This document shows positions 37,483-46,672 of a stretch of DNA of 64,000 nt, one piece after another. Source of the DNA: Clostridia bacterium (GTDB lineage: Bacteria; Bacillota; Clostridia; Oscillospirales; Acutalibacteraceae); the NCBI GenBank assembly GCA_017430145.1, contig JAFRNP010000131.1:8885-72884 (forward strand). The letters are read 5' to 3'. The stretch's first letter is position 1. Each line of letters starts with the position of its first letter. Both the position numbers and the translations under genes were made by a program. A model generated the notes under the pieces. It searched no databases, was not told where the DNA came from, and saw nothing but the letters and a program-made list of their open reading frames with translations.

Positions 37483-37863
37483 AATGCTCTTTTTTTGATT
37501 TTTTTAGCGCCGAAATAAACGGCGATCCTCTGTTATTCTCCGAACCACAGAACCCGACGTCGGCGTCCGGTATCAGCAGATAGACGGCGCCGTCACATTT
37601 TCATACAGACGTCCGCTGTCGATCGCAGGCAGCGCCGGAATGATGCTGATGGTGCTACAGCTTTCGGCGCAGACAGAAACAACTTCCTTCCCGCCGGCAG
37701 CCTGAGCGTGCACGGCAGGAAGAAAACAAATCATACGGCAGGAAGCGACAGTACAGAGAAAACAGGATATCAAGTCATCACCCCGCAGATGGCAACGGCG
37801 CCCTTATGTTGACGGAGCATGCCTCTGTAACCTTATGCGGGGAAAAGATTACCCGATGCGATA

Positions 37864-38265
37864 TTATTCCTCTTCAGGAACGGCTTCAGCGTCGCCGCCC
37901 TTGAATTTCTGGGCAATACCGGAAACCTTATCGATCACGTCGGGGATCATGTTGACGATCCGCTCCGCCGCGTTATCGTTGGCTGTGATGTGCTTCAGGC
38001 TGACTTCTCCGTCCTTGATAACAAGGAAAGCGACCGGATTGATGGTGATACCGGCGCCGCCGCCGCCGCCGAACAACTGGGTATTGTTCTTGGACGGAAA
38101 ATCCGCACCGCCGGAAGCAAACCCGTAGGTCACCTTGGAAACCGGGATCACAGTCACGTTTTCAGCCAGCTGGATAGGTTCCCCAACAATGGTACTGACG
38201 TCAACAAGCTGACGTACTTTTTCGATCGTGGTTGCAAGGATACCGGAAGCAGATTGTTCTTTCAT
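37864..38265 (-). CDS. ytfJ: Sporulation protein YtfJ (GerW family)
   Basis: IVGEPIQLAENVTVIPVSKVTYGFASGGADF...GGGGGAGITINPVAFLVIKDGEV. Confidence 0.85.
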   Translation of the reverse strand: MKEQSASGILATTIEKVRQLVDVSTIVGEPIQLAENVTVIPVSKVTYGFASGGADFPSKNNTQLFGGGGGAGITINPVAFLVIKDGEVSLKHITANDNAAERIVNMIPDVIDKVSGIAQKFKGGDAEAVPEEE

Positions 38266-39152
38266 TTGTCTTCACCTTTTTCTGTAGTATTTATTTTTTC
38301 TTTCTGTCCTTTGGGCTGTGCGCTCTTTTTCGACAGAAAGGGTTTTGCAAACAGTTTCACGCCTGCGCCGAAAATGACCTTGATTCCGTAAGCGAAGAAA
38401 ACGCCGATGATGTAAATTGGCGTGAGATGCAACGAAACGACGAAGGAAACTTCACTGAACCGCGCGATATAATCCGGATAGACGTTCACGTCGTATTTTT
38501 TCCACCGGCACAGGGAGGCAAGCGCCCCGAGCAGAGGAAACAGGACTGCGCAAACCTCTCCGTAATAAATGGCGGTCGCGGCTGCGTCAGATCGGGTACA
38601 GGCAACGGCAAGATACAGTTCGTCGATCACGATGCTGCGTCTGAAATTGCCGGAAAACGTTCTTGTGTACGATAAAAACCGCTTCAGGATATCGATCAGG
38701 CCGTCGACGCCATGGGCGTCATACAGAGATTTCATCAAAGCCTTATATTTGGAAGGTTTCTTTTTCGGGGCGGCTTTTTCTTCTTCGGTGGGCGCCGGCA
38801 GTTCTTCGGCAGTACCTTCCGTCGCGGTCTCAGCTTCATCCGAAGGTACGCTTTGAGTTTCCTGCTCTGTATGCGCCGATTCCGGCTCGGCTTCGGGAAG
38901 TGCCGGCGTCTCTTCCGGCTGTTCTTCTGTAACAGGGGCTGGTTCTTCGGCAGCGTCATGGGACTCTTCTGCCGTCTTCTTTTTTGATTTTTTAGCCGGA
39001 TAGAGCGGGATCTTTATAAAAAGCCAGCCAAGAGAGGCAATCGTCCCCTCATCGGTATACTGCAAATGGATACGTACACGCACGCTCAAAATAAGAAGAA
39101 TAAGGACAAGGATCGAAAGCAATACCCATCCGATGATTTTCAATACGATCAA
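38262..39152 (-). CDS. DUF2953 (YtfI-like) sporulation-associated membrane protein with acidic insert
   Basis: TTG start with GGGAGGAG 8 nt upstream. N-terminus IVLKIIGWVLLSILVLILLILSVRVRIHLQY. 4-nt overlap with ytfJ. The insert is EEPAPVTEEQPEETPALPEAEPES... Confidence 0.7.
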   Translation of the reverse strand: MIVLKIIGWVLLSILVLILLILSVRVRIHLQYTDEGTIASLGWLFIKIPLYPAKKSKKKTAEESHDAAEEPAPVTEEQPEETPALPEAEPESAHTEQETQSVPSDEAETATEGTAEELPAPTEEEKAAPKKKPSKYKALMKSLYDAHGVDGLIDILKRFLSYTRTFSGNFRRSIVIDELYLAVACTRSDAAATAIYYGEVCAVLFPLLGALASLCRWKKYDVNVYPDYIARFSEVSFVVSLHLTPIYIIGVFFAYGIKVIFGAGVKLFAKPFLSKKSAQPKGQKEKINTTEKGEDK

Positions 39153-39195
39153 ATTCCGTTCTCCTCCCTTATCCTATAAATACTCATTTTATATT

Positions 39196-39789
39196 TTACA
39201 ATATAGAAAGCTGACCGTCAAGTCCTGAATTATCACTCTCACGGATATTTTCCAGCACCTGCGCCGCCGCCTTTGTATCCGAGACTTCCGGCAGCTCCGC
39301 CAAAGTGGACATACAGAAGCATTTCAGGAAATCTGCAGTCGTACAGTAGACAAGCGGCCTGCCTGGCAGATCCAGTCTGCCGTACTCCTCGATCAGGTTC
39401 CTCTGACATAGCGTATTGATGACGCCGCCGCAGTCCACGCCGCGGATCTGCTCCACAAACGCCTTCGTCACAGGCTGGTTATAAGCGATGATCGCAAGCA
39501 CCTCAAACGCCGCAGGCGATAAGGGCTGGTTGCGTTTCAAATCCAGAACGTTGCGGATCGCCTCGGCGTAAACCGGACGGGTCGCAAACTGTACCTGCGA
39601 GCCGAGAAGCAGAAGCTGCACCGCGCTGCCCATAGTCTCATAATCTTCGCGGATCTCGTTCAGAAGACCGTCCAGCTCCTCGGGAGAGCAGTCAAGCGCC
39701 TCCATCAGACGCATACGTTCCAGCGGTTCCCCGGAGGCGAAAATGATGGCCTCCAGCGCCCCTTTTTTGCTGACATCGGTATTACTCAA
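39196..39789 (-). CDS. scpB: Segregation and condensation protein B
   Basis: GALEAIIFASGEPL...LLLGSQVQFATRP...PLSPAAFEVLAIIAYNQPVTKAFVEQIRGV. Confidence 0.88.
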   Translation of the reverse strand: MSNTDVSKKGALEAIIFASGEPLERMRLMEALDCSPEELDGLLNEIREDYETMGSAVQLLLLGSQVQFATRPVYAEAIRNVLDLKRNQPLSPAAFEVLAIIAYNQPVTKAFVEQIRGVDCGGVINTLCQRNLIEEYGRLDLPGRPLVYCTTADFLKCFCMSTLAELPEVSDTKAAAQVLENIRESDNSGLDGQLSIL

Positions 39790-40510
39790 AATCCAAATCT
39801 CCCTCCGGCATTTTCAACAGATCGATGGACACGTCCTCCATCTCCCCTTCCAGCGCGATATGGCCGGTTTTTGCAAGCTCCAATACGGCAAGAAACGCCG
39901 CGACCATATCGGAACGGCTCTCCGAACGCAGAATGACATCCTTCAGCTTCTGTCTGCCGTCCACACGCAAAAGCCCCACCAGATGACGGATCTTTTCGGA
40001 TACCGACACGATCCTTTTTTGAACAATGGGACGGAAAATATCAAACGACGGGGGCATATTGCGAAGCTTTTTCCCGACGGCGCGCATATAGGCGTTTGCA
40101 AGCTCAATGGCGTCGTGGATCCGCGTGTACGTCATATCCTGCTCGATCTTTGCGGGCGGGCGGGTAAAACTGTTAAAGCCCTGCACCTGTTTGGAAAGCG
40201 CTGCGGCAGCCTGCTTACAGGCGGCATATTCGATCAGCTCCCCGGTCAGTTCCCGCCGGAGCTGCTCCCCTTCCTCGTGGACCGGCAAAAGGGAAAGGGA
40301 CTTGATATGCAGCAGCCGCGCCGCCATTTCCAGGAATTCGCTTTTGACCTCCAGATCCTCCGCCTGCATCTGCCGGATATAAGCCGTATACTGCTCGACC
40401 AGCGTAAAGATCGGGATATCGTAAATATTCAGTTTATGTTTTGTGATCAGATGAAGCAATAGATCCATCGGACCTTCAAAAACTTCTAATTTGAAATTCG
40501 GTTGTGCCAT
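39782..40510 (-). CDS. scpA: Segregation and condensation protein A
   Basis: FEGPMDLLLHLITKHKLNIYDIPI; overlaps scpB by 8 nt. Confidence 0.88.
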   Translation of the reverse strand: MAQPNFKLEVFEGPMDLLLHLITKHKLNIYDIPIFTLVEQYTAYIRQMQAEDLEVKSEFLEMAARLLHIKSLSLLPVHEEGEQLRRELTGELIEYAACKQAAAALSKQVQGFNSFTRPPAKIEQDMTYTRIHDAIELANAYMRAVGKKLRNMPPSFDIFRPIVQKRIVSVSEKIRHLVGLLRVDGRQKLKDVILRSESRSDMVAAFLAVLELAKTGHIALEGEMEDVSIDLLKMPEGDLDFE

Positions 40511-40544
40511 ATTCCTTAAATTTTGTTCGTTAATTTAATCAACG

Positions 40545-41249
40545 TCATCTCATAAACAAAGAGAACGGCAGAGATACTGCGAAATTGATCGCATTGCTGA
40601 TCCAGTTCGCAAGCGTACCGATCGGCGAAAAACCGAGCCGGCTGAAAACGAAGATCAAAAGGAAAAGCCCCCACATCATATACCGTTCATACTGCATGAC
40701 CCGGTAGTAAATACGGTCAGGCAAAACGGCTGTCAGAAGCCTGGACCCGTCCAGCGGCGGGATCGGGATCATATTGAACACCGCAAGGGATACGTTGATA
40801 TAGACGGCGTAGTTAAAGAAGATCCCGGCAACGGTCAGGACCGTGGTCTGACCGGATTTTGTGATCAGCAAAAGAATCAGATTATAAAATATCGAAAAGA
40901 ACACCGCAAGCAGCAAATTGGATACAGGCCCTGCAAGCGCGATCAGCGCGAAATCCCGTTTGCGGTTTTTCAGATTGTTCATGTTGACGGGAACAGGCTT
41001 TGCATACCCGAAACCGAATAAAAACATCATGATCGTTCCGATCAGATCGAGATGGTCCAGCGGATTCATACTGATCCTGCCCTTCAGCCTGGCGGTATGG
41101 TCGCCGAGCTTATATGCCATCCAGGCATGGGCGCTCTCATGCACGGGGAAACAGCAGACGACCATAAACAGCAGCACGCAAAACTGAACGATCAGCGTCA
41201 GACCGACACTTTCTCCGTTCAGCAGCGCACGCAGGATCGACATTATCAT
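40545..41249 (-). CDS. Site-2 protease family (M50) membrane metalloprotease
   Basis: HESAHAW (HExxH) in TM1. It is a multi-TM protein. The start MIMSILRALL has GAGGTG 7 nt upstream, just after the prmC stop. Confidence 0.75.
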   Translation of the reverse strand: MIMSILRALLNGESVGLTLIVQFCVLLFMVVCCFPVHESAHAWMAYKLGDHTARLKGRISMNPLDHLDLIGTIMMFLFGFGYAKPVPVNMNNLKNRKRDFALIALAGPVSNLLLAVFFSIFYNLILLLITKSGQTTVLTVAGIFFNYAVYINVSLAVFNMIPIPPLDGSRLLTAVLPDRIYYRVMQYERYMMWGLFLLIFVFSRLGFSPIGTLANWISNAINFAVSLPFSLFMR

Positions 41250-41262
41250 CGTTATACACCTC

Positions 41263-42102
41263 TCAGGATTTTTCGAATAAAACAAACCGGTCGCTGCCGT
41301 AAAGATCCTTTCTGATCAGTGGCAGGCCGAAGGGGCTAAACAGGCGGCAAATCGCATCCCCCTGTCCTTCTCCGCACTCAACGAACGCACGTCCGCCGTT
41401 TTTCAGAAGCGGCAGCCAGAAAGAAGCGATTTTTTTATAGAATATAAGCCCGTCTTCGCCGCCGTCCAGTGCGGTCTTCGGTTCCCGGCGGACTTCTTTT
41501 TGCAGCAGCGGGAGCTCGTTTTGCGGAATATACGGCGGATTGGATACAATCGCGTCAGACACGGGAACAGAGGGCGGCGGCAGCTGAATATCGCACTGCA
41601 GGATACGGACCCTCGGTTTCAGGCGATCGGGAACGTTAAGCCTGAGATAATGCAAAGCGCCTTCATATTTTTCAAAAAGGTACACCTCAGCCGACGGCAG
41701 AGCGTCAGCAATCGAGATCCCGATACAGCCGGACCCGGCGCAAAGGTCAAATACCACCGGCGAACGTTTTGTTTTCAGCGCATCGATCGCCAGATCCGTC
41801 AGTTCCTCCGTTTCCGGACGCGGGATCAGCACTCCGGGGCCGACAGAAAAGCTGAGGCCGTGAAACATGACGCTGCCGAGGATATACTGAAGAGGCTCCC
41901 CTGCCTGCCTGCGGTCAAGAAGCAACCGGTACTTATCTGCTGCCTCCGGCGGCGGCGTTTCATGCTGCCGCATAAGAAAACCCGTAGAGTCGGTGTGCAT
42001 CACACTGAAAAGAAGCAGTTTTGCATCAAAGACAGCGTCCGTACCTGCCGTATCGGCAATTGCCGCTTTTCCCTGCTGCAAAAGCGAAAACCAGGTGATC
42101 AT
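41263..42102 (-). CDS. prmC: Release-factor glutamine N5-methyltransferase
   Basis: DLCAGSGCIGISIA and VSNPPYIP; ATGA overlap with the upstream gene. Confidence 0.88.
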   Translation of the reverse strand: MITWFSLLQQGKAAIADTAGTDAVFDAKLLLFSVMHTDSTGFLMRQHETPPPEAADKYRLLLDRRQAGEPLQYILGSVMFHGLSFSVGPGVLIPRPETEELTDLAIDALKTKRSPVVFDLCAGSGCIGISIADALPSAEVYLFEKYEGALHYLRLNVPDRLKPRVRILQCDIQLPPPSVPVSDAIVSNPPYIPQNELPLLQKEVRREPKTALDGGEDGLIFYKKIASFWLPLLKNGGRAFVECGEGQGDAICRLFSPFGLPLIRKDLYGSDRFVLFEKS

Positions 42103-43106
42103 GCCCTCGTATTCTCTTCGTTATCGGTCCCGTCGTCAAGTACCGCTTTCAGAGAGGCGATGCCCACTTCGATCATTTCATCGTCAGGCTCGCTGGTGGT
42201 GATACGCTGCATCCATAAACCGGGCGCTGAAAAGATCTTTGTGACGATATTGTCGTGCCGACCGGCATAACGGATGAATTCATAGCTGATACCGGTAACC
42301 ACCGGCAGAACCACCAAAAGCTTGACACAGATCCACAGGATCCGGTTGGCGCTGTCGGTCAGAACCGGGAAGCAGATGGAGATTATGGAAGAAACGATTA
42401 TGCTGATCATGACGATCACGAACAGAAAGCTCGTCCCGCAACGGGGATGGAACCGCCGGCAGGACCGCACGTTTTCCACGGTCAATTCCATGCCTTTTTC
42501 ATAACAGCAGATGGTTTTATGCTCTGCACCGTGATACATGAACACACGATGGATATCTTTTGTACGCGATACTGCGAACATATACAGAACGATCAGGATC
42601 GCCCGCAGGATCCCTTCAAACAGAGCGTGATAGGCGGACAGAGTGTCGCCGAAGCATTTTGCGTCAATAAAATCGACAAACCACGTCGGGAAATACACAA
42701 ACAGCCCCACGCCGATCAGCGTCGCAAGGATACTTGCCGCCCCGGTGATCGCCGCCAGCATCTTCGGCCCCATATGGTCGCTGATCCAGCGGTCCAGCTT
42801 AGACATATTTTCCGGATCCTCGTCATCCTCCAGCTGGCCGGACAGATCGGCGGAGCGCATCAGGCTTTTGTATCCGATGATCATGGTCTCAATATAATTT
42901 ACGATACCGCGGATAAACGGCCAACCGAGGATCTTGATCTTATCCCGGATATGCTTAAAGTCCTGAAATTCGGTGACGATCTCCTTATCCTTCAGACGGC
43001 GGACCGCTATGGCGGCGCCCTTGGGGCCGTTCATCATGATCCCTTCGATCAGCGCCTGCCCGCCGACGGCTGTCGGTTTATTCTGTTTTTTCTTTTCCTT
43101 GCTCAT
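42099..43106 (-). CDS. DUF1385 (YqhQ-like) membrane protein
   Basis: GGQALIEGIMMNGP...YHGAEHKTI...HPRCGTSFL. It lies in the conserved position upstream of prmC. Confidence 0.8.
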   Translation of the reverse strand: MSKEKKKQNKPTAVGGQALIEGIMMNGPKGAAIAVRRLKDKEIVTEFQDFKHIRDKIKILGWPFIRGIVNYIETMIIGYKSLMRSADLSGQLEDDEDPENMSKLDRWISDHMGPKMLAAITGAASILATLIGVGLFVYFPTWFVDFIDAKCFGDTLSAYHALFEGILRAILIVLYMFAVSRTKDIHRVFMYHGAEHKTICCYEKGMELTVENVRSCRRFHPRCGTSFLFVIVMISIIVSSIISICFPVLTDSANRILWICVKLLVVLPVVTGISYEFIRYAGRHDNIVTKIFSAPGLWMQRITTSEPDDEMIEVGIASLKAVLDDGTDNEENTRA

Positions 43107-43178
43107 ATATTTTTACGCCGGGCCCGTTTAGATGATCGGGAACCCGTTCCTTTCTGTTTCATTCAAACAAAGGCGCAG

Positions 43179-44594
43179 TTATGCACGCATAGGCAGCAGG
43201 ATATCGACCGTAGTCCCAACGCCGAGCTTACTGGAAATATCAAGTCTGCCGCCGTGCATCTGTACGATCTCATCGCAGACTGCCAGCCCGATGCCGGAGC
43301 CCTTAACGGAAACGTTCGCCTTATAAAACTTTTCTTTGACGTGGGGAAGATCCTCTTCCGAGATGCCGCAGCCGGTATCCGACACCGATATTTTCATCGC
43401 GTTCGCTTCAAGCGACGCTAAAATCAGGATCCTGCCGCCTGCAGGCGTATACTTGATGGCGTTGTCGATCACGTTTACAAACACCTGCTGTATCCTGTCC
43501 GGGTCGCCGTCCATGGGTGCGGCATAATCCGGGGTATTGTAGACGATCTCGATCCCCTCCCGCCGCGCACGGTCGCGCAAGACATAAACGGCGTCGTCAA
43601 GCTCCGCAAGGATGTCGATCCGCTCGATCCGCAGAGACATCCGGCCCGTTTCCATGCGGGAGAAATCCAAAAGGTCCTCCACCAGTCCGCGCAGCCGGTC
43701 CGATTCCGCAAGGATCACCCTTAGCCCGTCGTCAATGGTCTCGTCTTTACCGTCGCTGACAGTCAGCAGCGTCTCCGCCCAGCCTTTGATCGCCGTCAGG
43801 GGCGTACGCAGCTCATGGGAGACGGTCGAAATAAAGTCGCTCTTCATCCGGTCGGTCCGCGCGATCTCAGAGGTCATGAAGTTGATGGATTCCGTCAGTT
43901 CGCCGATCTCGTCGTTCCGGTCGGAAACCGGGATCTTTTCGTTGTATTTGCCCGCCGCGATCTTTTTGGTCGCCGCGTTGATCCGATTGACAGGCACAAG
44001 GATGGAACGGATGAAAAACAGACCGGAGATCACCACCAGGATCAGTGCGAACAGCACGGTCACCAGGGCGATCAGCGCTACGTCCACCACCTTATGGTCG
44101 ATCTCTTCCATAGAAGTGATGAACCGGACGGCGCCGTTGCTTTTTCCGTGCGAACGGGGCAACAGCACGGTCAGCGCCATGACCTTCTCGCCCGAATCAA
44201 GCTCCGTGACGCATACGCCTCTGCCGGACGGGGAATCAAAGGCAAGGTCATAATCTTCCGACAGCGTCGACGCCACGTCAAAACCGGTGGAAGTAACGAC
44301 CACGTCACTGCTGTCTTTATAGTAGATCCAGACCTCTGCGATATTTCCGTCGGTGTAGTTGAATACATACTCCCTGGCGCGTTCGGCAAACACGTCCCGG
44401 CTGACGTCGAGATACCCGCGGAAGAAATCGGCGATCGCCGTACTCGTCCCGATGGCATTCAGCTTGTTTCTCACCGTATCGTAGTAATAGCCGCGGATCA
44501 TAAACGTAACCACAGCGGAAAGCGTCAATAAGATCAGTGCGATCACCAGGATCGTCGTCAGGATCCAACGCTTCGTGATACCGCTTTTCAGCAC
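43179..44594 (-). CDS. Sensor histidine kinase (2 TM, about 150-aa extracytoplasmic loop, HAMP, HisKA, HATPase_c)
   Basis: H-box SHELRTPLTAI; N-box VIDNAIKYT; G-boxes DTGCGI and GSGIGLAV. GTG start with GGAGGA 8 nt upstream. Confidence 0.85.
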   Translation of the reverse strand: MLKSGITKRWILTTILVIALILLTLSAVVTFMIRGYYYDTVRNKLNAIGTSTAIADFFRGYLDVSRDVFAERAREYVFNYTDGNIAEVWIYYKDSSDVVVTSTGFDVASTLSEDYDLAFDSPSGRGVCVTELDSGEKVMALTVLLPRSHGKSNGAVRFITSMEEIDHKVVDVALIALVTVLFALILVVISGLFFIRSILVPVNRINAATKKIAAGKYNEKIPVSDRNDEIGELTESINFMTSEIARTDRMKSDFISTVSHELRTPLTAIKGWAETLLTVSDGKDETIDDGLRVILAESDRLRGLVEDLLDFSRMETGRMSLRIERIDILAELDDAVYVLRDRARREGIEIVYNTPDYAAPMDGDPDRIQQVFVNVIDNAIKYTPAGGRILILASLEANAMKISVSDTGCGISEEDLPHVKEKFYKANVSVKGSGIGLAVCDEIVQMHGGRLDISSKLGVGTTVDILLPMRA

Positions 44595-44608
44595 CGTTCA
44601 GTCCTCCG

Positions 44609-45316
44609 TCAGCTCAGCCACTTATAGCCGACGCCCCAGATCGTGGTCAGGTGCCGCGGGGAGGACGGATCGTCCTCGACCTTCATGCGCAGGCGGCGGA
44701 TATTGACGTCAACGACCTTTTCGTCTCCGTAATACACGTCACCCCAAACGTGCGTAAGGATCTCCGTACGCTCAAGCGCAACGTTCGGGTGCTGAAAGAA
44801 ATACTCCATGATCTGGAATTCGACCTGTGTCAGGTCGATCTGCTCCCCGTTTTTCAAAAGGGTACGGTTGCGCAGATTCAGACTGAAATCACCAAGCGTG
44901 ATCACATTGCCCTTTTCGTTGCTGTGTTCGGCATATTCTTTATTCAGGAGCACACGGCGATAGATCGCGTCGATCCTCGCCATCAGTTCAGAAGTCGAAA
45001 AAGGCTTCGTCACATAATCGTCGGCGCCCACCAGCAGACCGGTGACCTTATCCATTTCCTGCGTCTTGGCGGTAAGCATGATGATACCGACGGTACTGCT
45101 GCGCCGACGCATCTGCTTGCAGACCTCAAGTCCGTCAACGATCGGCATCATGATATCAAGCAGCGCGATATCGATATCATCGATATAGTTTTCAAAAAGG
45201 CGCAGCGCCTCGGCGCCGTCCTGCGCCTGCAGGACCTCATAACCGCCGCGCTTCAGATTGATCACGATGAATTCGCGGATGGAGCGCTCATCCTCCGCAA
45301 CGAGGATCCGTTTCAT
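44609..45316 (-). CDS. OmpR/PhoB-family response regulator
   Basis: Receiver ILVAEDE...LLDIMMP...TAK...KPF. The winged-helix C-terminus is HLTTIWGVGYKW. Confidence 0.9.
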   Translation of the reverse strand: MKRILVAEDERSIREFIVINLKRGGYEVLQAQDGAEALRLFENYIDDIDIALLDIMMPIVDGLEVCKQMRRRSSTVGIIMLTAKTQEMDKVTGLLVGADDYVTKPFSTSELMARIDAIYRRVLLNKEYAEHSNEKGNVITLGDFSLNLRNRTLLKNGEQIDLTQVEFQIMEYFFQHPNVALERTEILTHVWGDVYYGDEKVVDVNIRRLRMKVEDDPSSPRHLTTIWGVGYKWLS

Positions 45317-45337
45317 GTCGTTCTCCTTTTTGACCGT

Positions 45338-46672
45338 TCAGATACCGCTGATAGCGGCGCGAACGGTTTTTTCCGTCAGCTTGTCGTCCGTATCAAGATC
45401 GACAAATTCCCTGATGACCTGCTGGATATCGCCATCCGCGGGAGTGGCAAACCGGATGATACATACCGGCTGCGACAGGTCCTCTTTTGTATACACTGAC
45501 AATCTTCCGGTTTTTGTGTCGCCGGTCGGCTCCCCTGACGCACTTCCTTCCAGCTCGCCCGCCTCATAAGTCAGGAGGCAGTCGCTGAAATCCCGGTCGA
45601 TACGCAGGCGGAAGCCGATATCCGTATTGTAATAATAACAAAGTTCCGAATGGGAGAGGATCCCGTTTTCAAGCGATGCGAACGCGGTATAGGCGACGGA
45701 CCGCGGCGGGTTCTCCGTTTCATTGTCCGTAGACAGGACAGGGACGTACTGCACGGGGACTTCGATCAGTTTATCCTGATTGTAATCTTCGCAGTACAGA
45801 GGCGTCGTACGGTGGGTCTCCTCGATCAGAACGCCGCCTTCGGCGTTTCCCGGACGGATAAGCACGGACGCTACAAAGTCATACAAAACGATCTCCGTAA
45901 GATATCCGCCGTCAACAGCCAGACAGTCGACAAACAACCGGTAGGTAGCGTTTTTGATATCGCAGCTGATCTGTAGCGGAGAATCAATGGAAGAAGAAAG
46001 GGCGATCTGCGTCACGGGACGGAAATCATCCGCATCCGAATACTTGATCATCTGCATTTTATAGCCGGCGCTCTGGTTGACGTCATAGTAGAGATACAAC
46101 AGCTCGTTTTGTCCGTCGAAATCGAAATCCTGAACGATAAAGTCGAATATCTGCGTGACGAACATCTGAGAGATGATCTGCGGCTGCGACTTATCGTATT
46201 TATACAGCACAAGCGTTTTACTGCGGCGCGCGTCTGAGACCGTCCACGTCACCGCGATCTCATACGCGTCCGACTGGTCCAGATTATAAAAATCGATCTG
46301 ATAGACCTGCGTGCCGCTGCCGGAGATCTCCCCGGCAGAGATCCACTGTCCGTCCACCTCTCGCATCAGATGCAGATATACGTCGCCGGACTGATCGCTG
46401 CCGGAATAAAAAACGATACACTCTTCAATACCGTCACGGTCGAGGTCAAAACGGACGAAGGAAGAACAGTGCTTGCCAAACAACGGGTTTACAAGCTGAA
46501 CGTCTCTTCCTTTTTCTTTTTCAAACGCCTGCTGGATCAATGCGTTCTCACCGGTCAATTTCGGTGCGCGTATGAGCTGGTCAACGGAAAAAACGTTGAA
46601 TACCGTACATCCGCCGAGCAGCACCGGAATAAGCAGAAGCAGCGCCGGCAGGCAGAGCTTTCGCAGTTTCAT
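45338..46672 (-). CDS. Uncharacterised lipoprotein with FG-GAP/VCBS-like Asp-rich loops
   Basis: Lipobox PVLLGG|C. Loops DLDRDGIEE, DFDFDGQNE and DYNQDKLIE. The start ATG shares a base with the cdaR stop (TAATG). Confidence 0.6.
   Translation of the reverse strand: MKLRKLCLPALLLLIPVLLGGCTVFNVFSVDQLIRAPKLTGENALIQQAFEKEKGRDVQLVNPLFGKHCSSFVRFDLDRDGIEECIVFYSGSDQSGDVYLHLMREVDGQWISAGEISGSGTQVYQIDFYNLDQSDAYEIAVTWTVSDARRSKTLVLYKYDKSQPQIISQMFVTQIFDFIVQDFDFDGQNELLYLYYDVNQSAGYKMQMIKYSDADDFRPVTQIALSSSIDSPLQISCDIKNATYRLFVDCLAVDGGYLTEIVLYDFVASVLIRPGNAEGGVLIEETHRTTPLYCEDYNQDKLIEVPVQYVPVLSTDNETENPPRSVAYTAFASLENGILSHSELCYYYNTDIGFRLRIDRDFSDCLLTYEAGELEGSASGEPTGDTKTGRLSVYTKEDLSQPVCIIRFATPADGDIQQVIREFVDLDTDDKLTEKTVRAAISGI

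Noticed and set aside
37573-37773. The Cys-containing small ORF as a SCIFF-type or other RiPP precursor
   Set aside because: The sequence lacks the SCIFF C-terminal CxxxCxxxC pattern. No radical-SAM maturase, cyclase, protease or ABC exporter is adjacent. It is kept only as a speculative small-ORF finding.
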